From a virus (Duplodnaviria > Caudoviricetes), in the IMG/VR virus record IMGVR_UViG_3300037045_000105, positions 1 to 45,387 of that record: a DNA stretch of 45,387 bases. The stretch is one strand, 5' to 3'. Shown in pieces: positions 36,033-44,486 of the stretch (position 1 is the first letter of the stretch; each line of letters opens with the position of its first letter). The translations under genes were made by a program, and so were the position numbers. The notes under the pieces were generated by a model. That model was not told where the DNA came from. It did not search any database and saw only the letters and a program-made list of their open reading frames with translations.

Positions 36033-36733
36033 GGCGCCCCCGTCAGGTCAATGATCGTGCCCATCTGCCCGTGCCGCTGGACGAGCCTTCGCAGGATGCA
36101 TTCGCCGTAGCGGTCGACGAGTTGGCGAGGCGAGAGCCCGGTGGTCACGATGTTTGGCAGTTCGCGCTGGTATCGCGCCTGAGTGACTTCGAACAGCGTC
36201 GATCCGTGGTCGTGCTCGTTGCCTAGGTCGTCGAGGATGGCCAGTTTGCATCGCGACACACGGCGCACCTCGGGACACTCTCCGGCGCCAAGGGGCCATT
36301 GCCGAGCGGCTCCCATGAGCTCGGGGACGCCCTGCCAGTGGATGCCGCGCCAGCGCTCGTGCTCCGACTCCCGCCCTCGCGCCATCAGCCGAATAGCAAC
36401 CAGAGCGGCCGCTGCCGACTTCGCCCAGTCGGTCGGGGCGCAAATCAGCAGGCTGGGGGAGCCCCAGTCCCAGGCCATTGCGGCGTCGAGGATGGCTCGT
36501 GCCTTCGGATCGAACCACGAGGCTATCTCCGACGGCTTCCGCCTGAAACACGCTGGCAGCCGCCGCCAGAGGTCCTCGCGGGCCCGTCGCACGAGGTCCA
36601 CGTCCGGACCGGGCTCGTCGTCTGCCACGACCGTCGGCAGTGCCACGAGTGTACCGACTAAGCGGCAAGTCGGTACGCCAGAGGCGTCGTAGGTGCGTTT
36701 CGCTCGCGCTAGGTTGTCTTTTTGGTCTGTCAC
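36029..36733 (-). CDS. DnaC/IstB-like AAA+ helicase loader with degenerate Walker A
   Basis: LLICAPTDWAKS (Walker A position), LAILDDLGNE (Walker B), RYQRELPNIVTTGL, YGECILRRL; follows the initiator. Confidence 0.85.
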   Translation of the reverse strand: MTDQKDNLARAKRTYDASGVPTCRLVGTLVALPTVVADDEPGPDVDLVRRAREDLWRRLPACFRRKPSEIASWFDPKARAILDAAMAWDWGSPSLLICAPTDWAKSAAAALVAIRLMARGRESEHERWRGIHWQGVPELMGAARQWPLGAGECPEVRRVSRCKLAILDDLGNEHDHGSTLFEVTQARYQRELPNIVTTGLSPRQLVDRYGECILRRLVQRHGQMGTIIDLTGAP

Positions 36734-37668
36734 TTTGCCGTTCCCGTCTGCGCCGCAGCGCAAAATGCGTCACCGAATCCACCGACCGAGTTGGGTTGTC
36801 TGGGCGCCTTCACGCCCTTGGCTCTCGGCGGATCGCGGGCAAGGGCGATAAACCGCGTGCGCTGCGCCGAGGAACCGAGCAGGGCCGACGCCGCCATCTT
36901 CGCCGTGTCCGTTGCCCAACGGTCGTGCTTGGCGCCTTGCACGACGATTCGGATCTCGTCTGCCGTCACGCCTTCGTCGAGCAAACCTTCGAAAAGTTCG
37001 CGGGCCTTGTGGTCGTAGCGCAGGCCCGACTTTCCGGTCTCGGCACGGAAGGCCTCGAAAAGCAATTGAGCACGGATGTCTGGTTGTCGAAGTGACCGCT
37101 CGAAGTTCGCGATGTGTCGCTCTCGCGGCGCCGCAGGCATCGAGCCGCTCTCGGTTGGTGCGCTCTGAGTTTGCTCTTGCTCTTGCTCTTGCTCTTGCTC
37201 TTGGTTCCCGGAACCCTTGGGGTAAGCCTTCGCCCAAGCCTTCGCCCAACCCTCACCCCTAGCCTTACACCAAGACTCAAGCGCTTGTAACGCCAGGTCT
37301 TTCAATCGGCAGTCGGGGAGATCGGCGAGTGTTACCTCCCACGATAGGATGACGTTCGGCGACTCAGGTTCGTTGTGTCGGATCGCGTTTGGAACCCACA
37401 CCAAACCCGCCTTCCAATCCGCTGCGGCGAGCCCTTCCCGAGAGACTTCCTCGAAGGCTTCCCGAAAGGCTTCCAGTTCCCACCCGAGCGCGTCCGCAAG
37501 CCCGACCTCGCGAGCTGGGAACAACCCGGGAACGTTGGTGAGTTCGGGGCCCGTTAAAAACCGGTCGAACAGCGTAAACCCACACGGAGGCGGCGGCCGC
37601 ATGCGCCGAATCTTTTCGTCGACCCACTTTCGCCTCGACACCTTCGAGTATCTGCCTGGTTTGCTCAC
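36730..37668 (-). CDS. Phage replication initiator protein
   Basis: RYSKV..RKW.D.K...L...LTGP..TN.PGL N-terminus; (QE)n linker; paired with DnaC-like gene. Confidence 0.8.
   Translation of the reverse strand: MSKPGRYSKVSRRKWVDEKIRRMRPPPPCGFTLFDRFLTGPELTNVPGLFPAREVGLADALGWELEAFREAFEEVSREGLAAADWKAGLVWVPNAIRHNEPESPNVILSWEVTLADLPDCRLKDLALQALESWCKARGEGWAKAWAKAYPKGSGNQEQEQEQEQEQTQSAPTESGSMPAAPRERHIANFERSLRQPDIRAQLLFEAFRAETGKSGLRYDHKARELFEGLLDEGVTADEIRIVVQGAKHDRWATDTAKMAASALLGSSAQRTRFIALARDPPRAKGVKAPRQPNSVGGFGDAFCAAAQTGTAK
37171..37200. repeat. (TTGCTC)5 tandem repeat encoding the QEQEQEQEQE linker
   Basis: Directly visible. Confidence 0.9.
37212..37271. repeat. 12-bp-period iteron-like array (AAGCCTTCGCCC x2 plus degenerate units); candidate replication origin
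   Basis: Units at 37212, 37224, 37236, 37248, 37260 inside the initiator gene. Confidence 0.55.
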
Positions 37669-38171
37669 GCTTCAACTCCCGTCCGTCTCGACCACATTCG
37701 AATCACACCCGTCCGAAGGAATCGAATCACCTCGGTATCCGATGGCTTGCGCGACCCCGGCTGCGTCCACTTGCGCGCCTTGCGCACGACGCGCGTCTGA
37801 GTGCGTCCTGCCATCCACGCGTAACCGTGCGGGTTCGGCCAATGCTCGACGACGACGATCCCGAACCGTTCCGGTACGTGCTGCAGAGCCACTGACTCGA
37901 GCTCGACCGGCACCGCGAACCAAGTGTAAGCAACGAGTCGATTCTCATGGCCGCGCCGCTTCTTCTTGTCTGCGATCAGGTCCGACTTCGAGACCTTGAT
38001 CTCGACCTCGTGGAAAACGCCCGAGCCCGAGAGGCACAGCAGGTCGGCCTCGCCGTTGCTCAGCACGGCATAGGAAACGTTCGGCACCACGGAATACCGC
38101 GTGAAATCGAACAGGTTCCCGCGACGGGTCAGCGCGTCCTGCATTCGTTGCTCGGTCCACTTTTCAGCCAT
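37665..38171 (-). CDS. MmcB-like PD-(D/E)XK nuclease
   Basis: EADLLCL....HEVEIKVSKSDLIAD.KK; WFAVP; VPERFGI. Confidence 0.75.
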   Translation of the reverse strand: MAEKWTEQRMQDALTRRGNLFDFTRYSVVPNVSYAVLSNGEADLLCLSGSGVFHEVEIKVSKSDLIADKKKRRGHENRLVAYTWFAVPVELESVALQHVPERFGIVVVEHWPNPHGYAWMAGRTQTRVVRKARKWTQPGSRKPSDTEVIRFLRTGVIRMWSRRTGVEA

Positions 38172-38713
38172 CAGATCCTCACCTCAATGAGCACGAAAGC
38201 TCGGTGCTTCTTCGGCAGAAACTCCCACCAGTGGTGCTGATCGACGGAACTCCGTCGGTCGTCAACGATGAGTCCCAGCCGATGCTTTTGCCGTATCCCT
38301 GTCTCCGGATCGACGCGCGGAACCGTCAGCATATCGATCGCCTTCTTGGCGGGGTTCGAGCCCTCGTCGTTCGGATGCGACGAGAACTTGACCGCGAGCA
38401 CCTGTGGCCGCCCGGACTCGAGTTGTATTGGCCAGTAGGGTCGGTACTTCAGCCAAGGCTTGGCCAGGTCGTCGAGCTTCTTCCAGAGCTTCTTCGCGTT
38501 CGATGCGTGGGCGAACTTCGCCTTCGCGAACCCGCGTCGCATCGTCTTGTTTGCCTCGAGACAGAGCTCCGCCGGCAGCACGACGCGGAACACCACCGTC
38601 GGCAGAAACACCGGACGATGGATGTAATCCCGCGCGGGCGGAGCAGCCAGGATCTGCTCCGCCAACTCGAGGCACTCGCGCCAATTGAATGGTTTAGGCG
38701 TCGATGATGCCAT
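38171..38713 (-). CDS. RusA-like Holliday junction resolvase
   Basis: Start MASSTPK; NDEGSNPAKKAIDML...GLIVDD; C-terminal VLIEV. Confidence 0.65.
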   Translation of the reverse strand: MASSTPKPFNWRECLELAEQILAAPPARDYIHRPVFLPTVVFRVVLPAELCLEANKTMRRGFAKAKFAHASNAKKLWKKLDDLAKPWLKYRPYWPIQLESGRPQVLAVKFSSHPNDEGSNPAKKAIDMLTVPRVDPETGIRQKHRLGLIVDDRRSSVDQHHWWEFLPKKHRAFVLIEVRI

Positions 38714-39725
38714 CGTCGGACTCGTCTTCGAGGTCTTCGAGCGCGGGACTCGCTGGCGCCTTGGGCTTCTTGGACGGCTTACTCTTCTTGGGTTTGCTCG
38801 CGACCGGCGCCTTCCACGCGGGCGACTTCTTGGAGTCCTTCGCTGCGACCTTGGGCTTTTCCGTCTTGGTAGACGGTTTCTTGCCGCGCTTCTTGAGTTC
38901 GCGCGAAACGTCGTCGTCGGGCTCTGGCTCTGACTTTGCGGTGGCACCCTTCGGGTTGGCGATCGTCGTTGTCTTGCCGTCGGGGGTAGTCACTGAGACC
39001 TTGTACCCAGAGTCTTCGGCTTTCCTCTTGAACTCCTTCGCCGCCTTGAGCAGTGGTGAATCGTCGCGTTCCTCGAAGTCTTCATCAAGCTTGATCGGAA
39101 CGAACACGCAGACCCAGCGCGCCTGCTCCTCGTCTGCAAGTCGCTTGATCTGGTCGACCTCAACGTAGACGGGGGTGTTGGGGCTCGACTCAACGAAGAA
39201 CCTCACGGCGTCGGTGCTCGCCGCCTTCGTGACCTTCTTGATTAGGTCGAGCTGCGAGAACCCCAGCATAAATTCCGGCGTCCGCTTGCTTCGGTTGTTT
39301 CGGTCCGGTCGCGACGGGAGAAAGTCAAAAAGCGACAGTTCCAGTTGCGACGTCACGAAGCTGTCGAGGTCGATCTTTTGCTTCGTCTCGTTGTCTTCAA
39401 TGGTTCTCACCACTGCGTGAGTGAGATGATGGACATCGTCGATCGATAGAAGTAGCTCCTCGTCGTTGCCGAGGCCCTTGTTGATTCGACGCAGCAGCTC
39501 GGCGTTGACCTGCCAGATACAGCGCTCAGTCGCAGGTTCCCCGGCTCCGTCCCAGGCCTCTCCATGGTGGTAGACGGACGATCTACCGCAAGAGGCAATC
39601 GCTAGCAGTTTGCCAGCGCGGACTCTAATGGTGATGGACGCGTCGTTCGTGTCCTTCGAGAACGCCAAGAGAGCGTCTAGCTCCGCCTTGGTCGCCACTA
39701 TTCCGATGTCGTGTGTAAATTGCAT
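38694..39725 (-). CDS. Truncated beta-sliding-clamp-like protein with Lys/Pro-rich and acidic tail
   Basis: Start MQFTHDI with GGGAG SD; LLAIASCGRS, FDFLP, LGFSQLDL and WVCVFVPIKL echo DnaN ATDGHRL / YPDY..IP / GFN..YL / YVIMPMRL. Confidence 0.55.
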   Translation of the reverse strand: MQFTHDIGIVATKAELDALLAFSKDTNDASITIRVRAGKLLAIASCGRSSVYHHGEAWDGAGEPATERCIWQVNAELLRRINKGLGNDEELLLSIDDVHHLTHAVVRTIEDNETKQKIDLDSFVTSQLELSLFDFLPSRPDRNNRSKRTPEFMLGFSQLDLIKKVTKAASTDAVRFFVESSPNTPVYVEVDQIKRLADEEQARWVCVFVPIKLDEDFEERDDSPLLKAAKEFKRKAEDSGYKVSVTTPDGKTTTIANPKGATAKSEPEPDDDVSRELKKRGKKPSTKTEKPKVAAKDSKKSPAWKAPVASKPKKSKPSKKPKAPASPALEDLEDESDDGIIDA

Positions 39726-39733
39726 ATTGCTCC

Positions 39734-40492
39734 CTATCCAAACAGTCCCAACTGCTCCCGCCTTGCGGGCGGTGGACACTCTTTCCCGGCCTGGTCAGCG
39801 ATGCACCAAACGGCCTCGTCGCATTGCTTCAAGCCGCGAACGGCGCCGAATGTGCCCAGTCGCTCGAACGGCAGCCAGCTCGCTCCCTCTTGCTCACAGA
39901 CGATCACCTGGCCCGCTCGCGAACGGCACCACGTAGCGAGATGGTCGTAGTCGAGCGGTTCCGCCTTCGACGCCCGGTAGTGGTCCGCGAGCGCCTCATA
40001 CGGCGGATCCACGCACCAAGTCGCTCGTGGGTTCGTTGGGAATGACCAGTACGGGCAGCAGACTACGCGCCAGTGCTTGATGCGCTCGACTTGTCGCGCG
40101 ACCTTATCGCGCCACTTCGGGCCCCAAAGTCCGTCGTTTTGACCGTTTTTCCAGCTCGTCAGCACGTTTCGGAATTGGCTCGTGTTGACGCAGCACGACA
40201 GGAATAGTCGCGCATCCTCGGACACGTCGAGGGTGTGGATTGATTGCCCTGGCTCGAGCAGCGGTAGCGCCATGATCTCGTCGGAGGTCGCTGCGATGAG
40301 GTACCGCCAGATTCGGCAGACGCGCGCGTCAACGTCGCTAAGCAGGACGTCTCGCTCGTAGTAGTTGAGCGAGTAACCAGCACCGCCGGCGAAGGGTTCA
40401 ACGATCGTGTCGTGAAGTGGTCGCGGGTACTCCTTGCCGAGGCGGGCTTTGCTCCCGAAGTACTTGAAGAACGGGGAAAGGGGAGCGGTCAT
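39734..40492 (-). CDS. Dam-type (D12 class) DNA adenine methyltransferase, orphan
   Basis: FKYFGSK, IVEPFAGGAG (motif I), VDPPY (motif IV). Confidence 0.9.
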   Translation of the reverse strand: MTAPLSPFFKYFGSKARLGKEYPRPLHDTIVEPFAGGAGYSLNYYERDVLLSDVDARVCRIWRYLIAATSDEIMALPLLEPGQSIHTLDVSEDARLFLSCCVNTSQFRNVLTSWKNGQNDGLWGPKWRDKVARQVERIKHWRVVCCPYWSFPTNPRATWCVDPPYEALADHYRASKAEPLDYDHLATWCRSRAGQVIVCEQEGASWLPFERLGTFGAVRGLKQCDEAVWCIADQAGKECPPPARREQLGLFG

Positions 40493-40914
40493 TGGCCGTC
40501 ACCGTTCTTCCTGACGAGTTCCCAGGGCCGTAGCGCAACGAACAATCCAAACCCGTCATGGAGTTCGGTAAAGCCTGCGTGGCTCGGGTGCGGGTCGTGA
40601 AGTAGTTGACCGTCGCAGAACGCGCCCGCGTGGTCGGTGTTTCGTACAGTACGACCGCCCGCTTCGTGGTGCAGGCCGGCGATGCCCACTGTCTCCAAAA
40701 ACGCCCGATCAATGCCGACGTCGATGAAACAGAGCCCGTGCGTTCGTAGGAATGCGTTTAGCCGTCGCAGGGCCTCCGCCTTTTCGCACCCGTCGTGAAG
40801 GAAGTGTGGGACGTCGGAGACGTCGAGCCCCAGCAGGTTCGCGATCGTGGTTCGCCAACAGTCACCATAGGTGTGCGGCGGGTCGTGATTGACCGTCTGG
40901 TCCTGGTGCTTCAC
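40489..40914 (-). CDS. Papain-like (C39-type) peptidase-fold protein
   Basis: GDCWRTTIANLL (Cys), DHAGAF (His), HDPHP (Asp); GTG start overlapping upstream stop. Confidence 0.65.
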   Translation of the reverse strand: MKHQDQTVNHDPPHTYGDCWRTTIANLLGLDVSDVPHFLHDGCEKAEALRRLNAFLRTHGLCFIDVGIDRAFLETVGIAGLHHEAGGRTVRNTDHAGAFCDGQLLHDPHPSHAGFTELHDGFGLFVALRPWELVRKNGDGQ

Positions 40915-41207
40915 GATGCACCCCCCTTCGCCGTCTTCGGGTGCGTCGATCCATTCCGGATCGCTGCGCAGTACCGACATTCCGTCGCGCGGAAGTCGGG
41001 CGACGTGTTGCGTCTGTGGAAGCACGCGATCGGTAGCCACTCGTCGCAGCTGCGGCATTGCTTCAACCGATCCGGTCGAGGCTCGCAACGCGGTATCCGC
41101 TCGCGAGGTGGCGGGGGACGACGTGGGCCACCCGTCTGCTGGTGCGGAGGGATACGCGTAGACGGCGGACGGTGGGTGCTCGTGTCGCGGTAGGTCGGCG
41201 CGGTCAC
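40911..41207 (-). CDS. Zinc-finger protein
   Basis: KQCRSC...P..CFH.......ECRYC. Confidence 0.6.
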   Translation of the reverse strand: MTAPTYRDTSTHRPPSTRIPPHQQTGGPRRPPPPRERIPRCEPRPDRLKQCRSCDEWLPIACFHRRNTSPDFRATECRYCAAIRNGSTHPKTAKGGAS

Positions 41208-41292
41208 AGGGCGCCTCCGATCCGCGCCCAGCCGAACGTGCCGTCGCCGTAGTCCCAGAGTCCGGAGGGGAGGCGTCGGACGACCAGATCGG

Positions 41293-41472
41293 CCGCCATG
41301 GTTCCGCCATGGTCTGCACCGGCAATAACCGGCACACGGCGTTTTTCGCGGCTTGTTGCCGGCAAAAACCCCGTGTTTTCTAATTCGCGCTTTCCAGCTG
41401 AGCTAGTGGCGCCTTTCAATTCACCCGAGTTTTTCGGGGTCTTTTCTGCTTCGCCATGGTCACCGCCATGGT
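41293..41472. other. Candidate attP: two pairs of CGCCATGGT arm-type repeats flanking a tRNA-like core
   Basis: CGCCATGGT at 41294, 41305, 41452, 41464; core GCGCCACTAGCTCAGCTGGA (minus, 41412-41393) 3 nt after the int stop; A/T tracts between. Confidence 0.75.
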
Positions 41473-42513
41473 TTGCGGCAGAATCGACACCGCGTTCTTC
41501 GCACGATCCAGCCTCCCGGGCAAGAGGTGGGCATACAATTCGGTCACCCTTGTGGTCGAGTGGCCGAGGATTGCGGCCAAGAGTTGCAGGTCGGGGACCT
41601 TGTGCAGGAACTTCGAGGCGAAGGTGTGCCGGAACATGTGCGGGTTCCCTCGGACCTCCGCCTTGGCCAAGATCGCCCAGAAGCAGTCCTTCGGGAACTC
41701 GCGGTACATCCTGCCGTGGCAGTTGGGGAAGACGATTGTCTTGTGCCTGCGCGGCCCCGCCAGAATGGCCCGCACGGCGTCCGCCATCGGTACGTCCCGC
41801 GACCTCCCCGACTTCGGCTGCCACGTCTCCGTGGCTGGGATCTCGATGGCCCCCGCTTCGAAGTCGTGCCACGCCCACTCCGCGGCTAGCGCCTCGCCCT
41901 TGCGTGCCCCAGTGTTGAGGAGCCAGATCAGCATCGGCAGCAGGTCCGGGTAGAGTTCCCGCGCCGCAGTGAAGATTCGCTCCAGCTCGTCGTCCGTCCA
42001 GAACTTCACCCTGTCCCGACCGCGACGCTTGATCTTCCGAATCTTGACCTCGGGGATCCCGTAGCCCGCCTCGCGCCCCCAGTTGCAGATCGCCGAGAAC
42101 ACCCGTAACTCGTTGTTCACCGCTGCAGACGTGACCGGCTTGCCGCGATGCGACTGGCTCAGGCGCTCCCGCTTGTAGTCGTCGATCGTCTGCCCGCAGT
42201 AGTCCCGGACGCGCACGTCCCCGAGGTGCTCGATGAGCGTGGCAACCTGGTAGATTCTGACCTTTTTCCATGTCGATGCCTTTAGGTGGGTCGTTGCGTG
42301 CGGCTTATAGGCTTCGAAGACCTGCGAGAATCGCAGCGCGCTTCGCTGTTCGGTCTTCCCCTGCGCGTCGAGCTCGATTCGCTTTTTCGCCTCGTAGGCC
42401 TCCGCGTCCGCCTTGGTCCCCTCGATGACTCGCTCGAGTGGCTTCCCGTTCAGCGACGGGTGCCAAATCACGACCCTCCGCGTGCCTTTTCGCCTTCCTG
42501 GATAGTTCGCCAT
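41416..42513 (-). CDS. int: Tyrosine integrase
   Basis: LNTGARKGEA (R), QPKSG (K), HMFRHTFAS (HxxR), LGHS...T..YAH (H, Y); GAGGA SD. Confidence 0.95.
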   Translation of the reverse strand: MANYPGRRKGTRRVVIWHPSLNGKPLERVIEGTKADAEAYEAKKRIELDAQGKTEQRSALRFSQVFEAYKPHATTHLKASTWKKVRIYQVATLIEHLGDVRVRDYCGQTIDDYKRERLSQSHRGKPVTSAAVNNELRVFSAICNWGREAGYGIPEVKIRKIKRRGRDRVKFWTDDELERIFTAARELYPDLLPMLIWLLNTGARKGEALAAEWAWHDFEAGAIEIPATETWQPKSGRSRDVPMADAVRAILAGPRRHKTIVFPNCHGRMYREFPKDCFWAILAKAEVRGNPHMFRHTFASKFLHKVPDLQLLAAILGHSTTRVTELYAHLLPGRLDRAKNAVSILPQTMAVTMAKQKRPRKTRVN

Positions 42514-42673
42514 GGGTCCTCGGGACGTACTCTTCGACGGCCCAGTCCGGGATCCGCCAGAGCTTTCCAGCGCGTTTCGCCGGTAGTTGTTTGGATGCGC
42601 ACATCGAGCGGACTAGGTCGTCGCTCACGTTCAGCTTTTCGGCGACCTCAGCGGGAGAGAGGTAGGTGGTCAT
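42305..42673 (-). CDS. xis: Excisionase-like HTH_17 protein; 3' part overlaps int
   Basis: MTTYLSPAEVAEKLNVSDDLVRSMC...QLPAKRAGKLWRIP. Confidence 0.8.
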   Translation of the reverse strand: MTTYLSPAEVAEKLNVSDDLVRSMCASKQLPAKRAGKLWRIPDWAVEEYVPRTHGELSRKAKRHAEGRDLAPVAEREATRASHRGDQGGRGGLRGEKANRARRAGEDRTAKRAAILAGLRSL

Positions 42674-42996
42674 GCCGCCCGCCTTCCAGCTAGCTTGAGC
42701 GTCAGTTCCGCGCGTGCAGTGAGCCACTCGGTTGCCGAGTTCGCCGCGGCCTGCTCTCCGTCGCGAAGACCGTACGCCACCTCGGCGCCATGCTGGGTTA
42801 CTCGCCACTGCCAGCGCATCATCGGGATGATGTAGTCGAGGTAGACCTTGGCCGAGATCTCCGGCAAGTTGAGAAACCACGTTGAGCGCTTGTCAGGAGC
42901 GCTCGCTGACATCCGCTGCCCCATGCATGTTGGCGGGGTGATTCTACGACGTGGCATCGGTTCCGCCAAAGCTCTCGCTTGTTGCTTCTGCTTCAT
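42670..42996 (-). CDS. Hypothetical protein (start uncertain)
   Basis: Stop overlaps the xis ATG; WQWRV...G pattern. Confidence 0.5.
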   Translation of the reverse strand: MKQKQQARALAEPMPRRRITPPTCMGQRMSASAPDKRSTWFLNLPEISAKVYLDYIIPMMRWQWRVTQHGAEVAYGLRDGEQAAANSATEWLTARAELTLKLAGRRAA

Positions 42997-43750
42997 TTGG
43001 GTTACCCAACGTGGTTACCATCCGAACAACCATCTGTTGGTGGGCCAGAGCGCGCGCAAGCGCGACTTCTGTTCTATCGACTGCGTATCGTTCCGCGTAC
43101 GTGACCAAAGTATTCACTGCTGACCTAAGGGCGCGGCATCGACCAGCAAATGCTGGAGCTGCGCTGCCCACAATCTCGATGTTCTTTCGTGTCTCAGGTC
43201 GCGCAATGGGCTTCCACTCCGGCAAAGCCTTTGCCCTCTCAATTGCCTCGCGAATGCCACGAACTTCTCCGAGTTGTGAGGCAACAAGTTTGCGCTCAGG
43301 TGTGCCCAATTCCACAATCGGGACCAGATCCTTTGCTCGCAACTCTAAACCTTTGCGTTGTTGAATCACACTTAGCGCTTCTACCTGTTTCCTGGGAAGC
43401 GCTGCGGCAATTTCGCAATGGGTCGCTGCCGTATGCGATAGCCCAAATTCTTTGAGCGCACACGCTCTCTCGGTTGCGTTCATTCGAGCGGTGATCTCGC
43501 CCTGCTGCAGTTCCACCCTAAGAGTCAGCTCTCGAAGCTTGGCGCGCAAAGACTCGATTTGGTCGCCCATTGCCACAGCGGCCTGGCGTGTCCGAAAGAA
43601 TGCTTCCATCTGAAGCTTTCCGTCTTTGATGCGTTGTATCTCGGCAAGAGTCCTGGCTTTCTTCACTAGCTCGAACACCTGTGCCAATTGCGATTGCGCC
43701 TGCACCGCCGACAACTCAGAAAGCTTTCTAGTGGCAATAGAGCTAGTCAT
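42944..43750 (-). CDS. Helical phage protein resembling the N-terminal region of phage MTase-associated proteins
   Basis: Start MTSSIAT with GGAGG SD; ARTLAEIQRIKD...LRVE.QQGEI...LKEFGLS.....AAALP. Confidence 0.6.
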   Translation of the reverse strand: MTSSIATRKLSELSAVQAQSQLAQVFELVKKARTLAEIQRIKDGKLQMEAFFRTRQAAVAMGDQIESLRAKLRELTLRVELQQGEITARMNATERACALKEFGLSHTAATHCEIAAALPRKQVEALSVIQQRKGLELRAKDLVPIVELGTPERKLVASQLGEVRGIREAIERAKALPEWKPIARPETRKNIEIVGSAAPAFAGRCRALRSAVNTLVTYAERYAVDRTEVALARALAHQQMVVRMVTTLGNPNEAEATSESFGGTDATS

Positions 43751-44123
43751 TGAAAACCTCCAGCAGGTCAGCCTCAACGGCTACGCTGCTAACCCGTGCC
43801 TGGCGAACAAACTGCCTATAGTGCTTCTCGCACATTGTGCGTCTAGCTGCGCTCGCTTTCCCTGACGGCGGAACGCGTGATGTCGGATTCGCTACCGTTG
43901 GGGTCTTACAAAACATGCAGCGATTCACTGGGTTCGAACTAGACTGCCGCTCGCTACCGTGTTGCCGCTGCGCAAGCTCGAAACACTTTACTCGCGCCAT
44001 CTGCTCCGAGGTGCCGATCGGAAACGGCGGTAGACGATGGCGCGAACCATCTACGAATCGAACAATGGCCTGCCACCGACCGGACTTTGTCTTTACCAAA
44101 GTGCCTGTTCTTTCGCGTCTCAT
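43743..44123 (-). CDS. Integrase-arm/AP2-like DNA-binding domain fused to a Zn finger
   Basis: RTGTLVKTKSGRWQAIVRFVDGSR three-strand motif; CMFC...CEKH. Confidence 0.55.
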   Translation of the reverse strand: MRRERTGTLVKTKSGRWQAIVRFVDGSRHRLPPFPIGTSEQMARVKCFELAQRQHGSERQSSSNPVNRCMFCKTPTVANPTSRVPPSGKASAARRTMCEKHYRQFVRQARVSSVAVEADLLEVFND

Positions 44124-44486
44124 GACTTCGCCCCCATCACCTTCTCAAACACCATATCAAACACCCGCCGCTGCGTTCCATTGCCCCCGCAACTGCCGCT
44201 CTGACCTGCGTAGGTCCGCAATTAGTCGCGCCAATTCAGTGATCGTTCGTTTCATCCTTGTGCCCTCCGGAACCAGTAAAGACCGCGCTTCAGGCAGTGC
44301 GTAGCCGCTCGCGACGTAGGCCAGAACGCGCCAATGAAGTCGAACGCGTAGAGCCACAGGTGCATCCGCAGGCGGCAGTAGTTGCGGCGCGTCATTGCAA
44401 CGGCCTCTTTCCAGCGCGGTACGCCACGACGACGGCAATGCCGAGCGCCGCGGCGAGGATGACGATATGCAGGGCATCGCGGGACA

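Noticed and set aside
37171-37271. CRISPR array or phase-variable repeat
   Set aside because: No spacers; units of 6 and 12 bp keep the frame inside a coding region
37665-40492. Restriction-modification system from the MTase plus PD-(D/E)XK nuclease
   Set aside because: Genes are not adjacent and the nuclease is a short MmcB-like type; an orphan phage MTase is more likely
41340-41412. A complete second tRNA gene after int
   Set aside because: Only the first ~20 nt are tRNA-like; no anticodon arm, TTC loop or 3' acceptor strand
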